Shown here piece by piece: positions 63,501-64,000 of a stretch of DNA of 64,000 nucleotides. The notes below the pieces were generated by a model. That model was not told the origin of the DNA and did not search any database. It saw nothing but the letters and a program-made list of their open reading frames with translations. How positions within the stretch are numbered: position 1 is the stretch's first letter; each line of letters opens with the position of its first letter. The translations under genes and the position numbers were made by a program. This DNA is from Antedon mediterranea (taxonomy: Eukaryota; Animalia; Echinodermata), in assembly GCF_964355755.1 (NCBI RefSeq), contig NC_092678.1, forward strand, positions 9,564,422 to 9,628,421, in the 5' to 3' direction.

Positions 63501-64000
63501 GTTGCATGGCATTATTTTTCATTGATTTATTATTAATTTCATATAAATAGAGTATTATCAGCTCTTCAGTCATCTACTGGTTTGAGGCGTAACGGATAAT
63601 GCTCAGGTTTGAGTTCTCGCAGTAGTGGGTTCGAACCTCTACGAATATTTTTTTTCTTTTTTTTTTTTTATTTAAAAAAATATTGTTTTTGAAAGTGAGA
63701 TATTTTGAGGGTTGTAAATGTCAGGCCTAAACAAGTGGACCTTTTTTAAAATCAGAAACAAAGTTGCATGGCATTATTTTTATTGATTGATCATTCATTT
63801 CATATAAATAGACTATTATCAGCTCTTCAGTTATCTACTGGTTTGTGCCGTAACGGGTAATGCTCAAGTTTGAATGCTCTCACTAGTGGGTTCGAACCTC
63901 TACGGATATTTTTTTTTTTTTTTTTTAAATAAATATTGTTTTTGAAAGTGAGATATTTTGCGGGTTGTAAATATCAGGCCTAAACAAGTGAACCTTTTTT
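33552..64000 (+). repeat. ~260-bp tRNA-derived satellite family B, ~117 units, continues past the window end
   Basis: Period 254-263 bp (T-run length varies). Core TGGTTTGTGGCGTAACGGGTAATGCTCAGGTTTGAGTGCTCTCAGTAGTGGGTTCGAACCTCTAGGGATA followed by oligo-T; A-box-like TGGCGTAACGG, B box GGTTCGAACC. Confidence 0.98.

Noticed and set aside
19626-64000. CRISPR-like repeat-spacer arrays
   Set aside because: Monomers are homologous along their whole length with no unique spacers; eukaryotic context and no cas genes.

Overview
AT-rich, repeat-dominated eukaryotic DNA, probably from an invertebrate animal; roughly two thirds is tandem repeat. (1) A spliced minus-strand gene (reconstructed exons 6918->1096, running off the left edge) encodes an acidic tract, two C2H2-like fingers and a helical region resembling the N-terminal part of animal tyrosine-recombinase (Crypton-like) proteins. 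Its introns carry arrays of tRNA-like units. (2) Just upstream of its promoter, two inverted 14-15 bp arms face each other across a (GCTGATCTATCTCTCTCTCTC)n minisatellite at 8783-9078, suggesting two element ends inserted in one minisatellite. (3) A probable second, rearranged copy at 28.8-31.55 kb has C-terminal-type exons, the same tRNA-like intronic repeats and a ~590 bp near-identical duplicate of 4162-4753. (4) Between them lie decayed mobile elements (DUF6729/Sola3-like transposase, Tc1/mariner-type MITE, Gypsy, Rex/Babar-like and CR1-like LINE fragments), a 47-bp minisatellite and a 9-kb array of a hairpin-forming 82-bp satellite. (5) From 31.8 kb to the end is a ~260-bp satellite. Each monomer resembles a complete Pol III cassette (TATA, A box, B box, oligo-T), and the array has a fold-back inversion at ~33.55 kb and higher-order repeats. 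All family assignments come from motif recognition by eye, not database searches. No recombinase catalytic domain is visible in the window.
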